DNA of 64,000 nucleotides from Haplodiscus bocki. Taxonomy: Eukaryota. Shown here one piece after another: positions 62,294 through 64,000 of the stretch (the stretch's first letter is position 1; every line of letters begins with the position of its first letter). The notes under the pieces are model-generated. The model saw only the letters and a program-made list of their open reading frames with translations. It did no database searches and was not told the DNA's origin. The stretch covers positions 20,646,001-20,710,000 of the forward strand of contig OZ296651.1 in assembly GCA_965655095.1 (NCBI GenBank). The letters run 5' to 3'. The translations under genes and the position numbers were made by a program.

Positions 62294-63201
62294 CGCCAAA
62301 ATTCGTTCCTTCTTTTCGTTTGAATCGTGAAATCGCTCTCCGTAGCTTCACTTCTTTTTCCGTCAAGCTTCCAAAATGATGCAAGACCAGTAAACACAAA
62401 ATCGAGATGAAACTATACCTAAACATAATCAATAAATCTCGTGTCGTCCATGTGTTCTGATTTGCTGACATTTACATGTTCACTATCCGTTGAAACTGTC
62501 ATTACCGTAGTCTATGGACATCTTTTCCGAGCTGCAAGTTGTTACGATTGGCGCCAGGTAAGTATCTGCGAGCGAAACGAGAGCAGGCACACCGCCTGCA
62601 TAGCAAACTGTTATTGATGATGGTTCATCAAAGTTTCAATTTTATGTTTACGGGTTATATCATTTGGGACGTCATCCAAAATGGAAAACGATAAACACAT
62701 ACCCGCCCATAGCGCATAAGACCTCGGAAAAGTTTAGGGATAATTATTGGGTCCCCTTTGACCTTTAATGCGTTTTCCCGCGAGCTGAGATGAATGAATT
62801 CAAAAGTTCCTGGAGTTTATACTTTTATATGTACATTGACTGGGGAACAAGACCAGACAAGTCATTCTTATTTGCTCGCTATCGCAGCTAATAAGATGTT
62901 CCGTATAGTCCCTCCTGTACACCCACGCAGATTTGCTGCATTTTGAAAAAAAATCAATATCTTTTCGTTATTTCATGCGAGCTCGCAAAATGTGTGGAAG
63001 AGCGTCCAAAAAATCGAGTAACACTTTAAATACGTCGTAAATTAAAATATTCCGAAGTCCCAGTAAAATTTTTACAAAAATCCAAACTCCTAAAAACAAG
63101 CGTTGACAAATGAAAATGGAAATGTACATTAATGGTTGACTACCGATAGAATTTTCATATTCTTAACTATACGTCATCTTTCGCATAGATCATCAACTAA
63201 C

Positions 63202-63286
63202 CTTAATGGTATCAAAATCTGTTTGTGTTAAGGCATCCAAATTCCCAGGAGCAACAGCTACGAAGCCGGCAAACTTGTCGTTTCGT
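63202..63286 (-). CDS. ABHD14B: Penultimate coding exon of the same ABHD14-family gene (not in the ORF track)
   Basis: cttcag|A CGA AAC GAC...ATT AAG|gttagt encodes RNDKFAGFVAVAPGNLDALTQTDFDTIK (cf. the GFVPVAP motif). It ends in phase 0 and splices in frame to the exon at 59316 (K-TPTL). Upstream exons were not found in the window. Confidence 0.82.
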
Positions 63287-64000
63287 CTGAAGCAGAATAC
63301 TCATTGACTTTAGAACTGACGAAAGATGGCAACTGTCAGTGAATACAAATAGTCGTTCAATAACATCATGAAAGATGATTATATTATTTTAAAGAAGCAA
63401 GCCGAGGACGGCCAAAGTTAGCTCCACCCGGAAGGCTCAAAGTATATCTATGAGGAATACCTGTTTTTGGAACTTTTTGCCGGTGAAAAAAAAATTTAAA
63501 TCGAAAGTGTTAAAATCTTTTTCAAAACATAGGCATCAAGAATGCAAGGCATTAAGCGCGTTAAGAATCCAGAATAGTAAGCACAGAGGCAAACCGGAAC
63601 TTCGCAACACCTTCTGACTAGTCTATTGAGATCAATGATACTGGAAGACATTTGAAACCTTGATAGGAGATGCGATTGAAATTTCTAGAAATACTAAACA
63701 GCTCTAAATCAAAAAGTTCGTCCGAAAAAAAGTCGAAATGAAACGAATAGTCCAAGTGTCACGTCAATCCTGTCTTCTTAGATTACATCATTTTACAGCC
63801 CACTGTCTGAGAGATAAGCGCCGTAAACAACACAAAAACGAACAATTACCCGCTCTTATTACATCAGAATCAAAAAATGACTTTGCTGAATGCGGTTGCG
63901 TATTCTTATCAAACCATAAGCATTTCTTAGGAGGCGAAATTAAAAGGTGCCCGTCAAATGTTTCAAAATGGGCCCGTTTTGACCATTTGCACTAGATGAC

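Overview
This is eukaryotic (animal-like), repeat-rich genomic DNA with two N gaps; the species cannot be determined from sequence alone. (1) 1-28116 is a complex satellite of ~100-120-bp diverged monomers. They form a ~682-bp hexameric higher-order repeat (HOR) with derived super-periods of 901, 913, 1264, 1582 and ~2270 bp; the ORFs called here are artefacts. (2) 28117-35370 is an AT-rich, pseudogenised Polinton/Maverick (adintovirus-like) virus fragment. It carries a RING fusion, a zinc finger, an A32-type packaging ATPase, minor and major capsid proteins, an adenain-type protease and a fibre-like gene. It begins with a hairpin containing GCTC repeats and ends in a fold-back at a gap; no PolB or integrase is visible. 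(3) 35571-41433 is a degenerate Ty3/Gypsy LTR retrotransposon on the minus strand. (4) A tRNA-like element lies near 43.1 kb. (5) 44272-57757 is a 13.5-kb, apparently non-coding element of two ~5.2-kb inverted arms around a 3-kb spacer. It has Polinton-type AGTAGTAGT...ACTACTACT ends, subterminal hairpins and a ~166-bp internal periodicity, making it a candidate giant non-autonomous Polinton and the most unusual object here. (6) The last two coding exons of an ABHD14-family hydrolase lie on the minus strand; their 3.9-kb intron holds an inverted island of the same satellite and a hAT-like MITE. All identifications are by eye from motifs; no searches were run.
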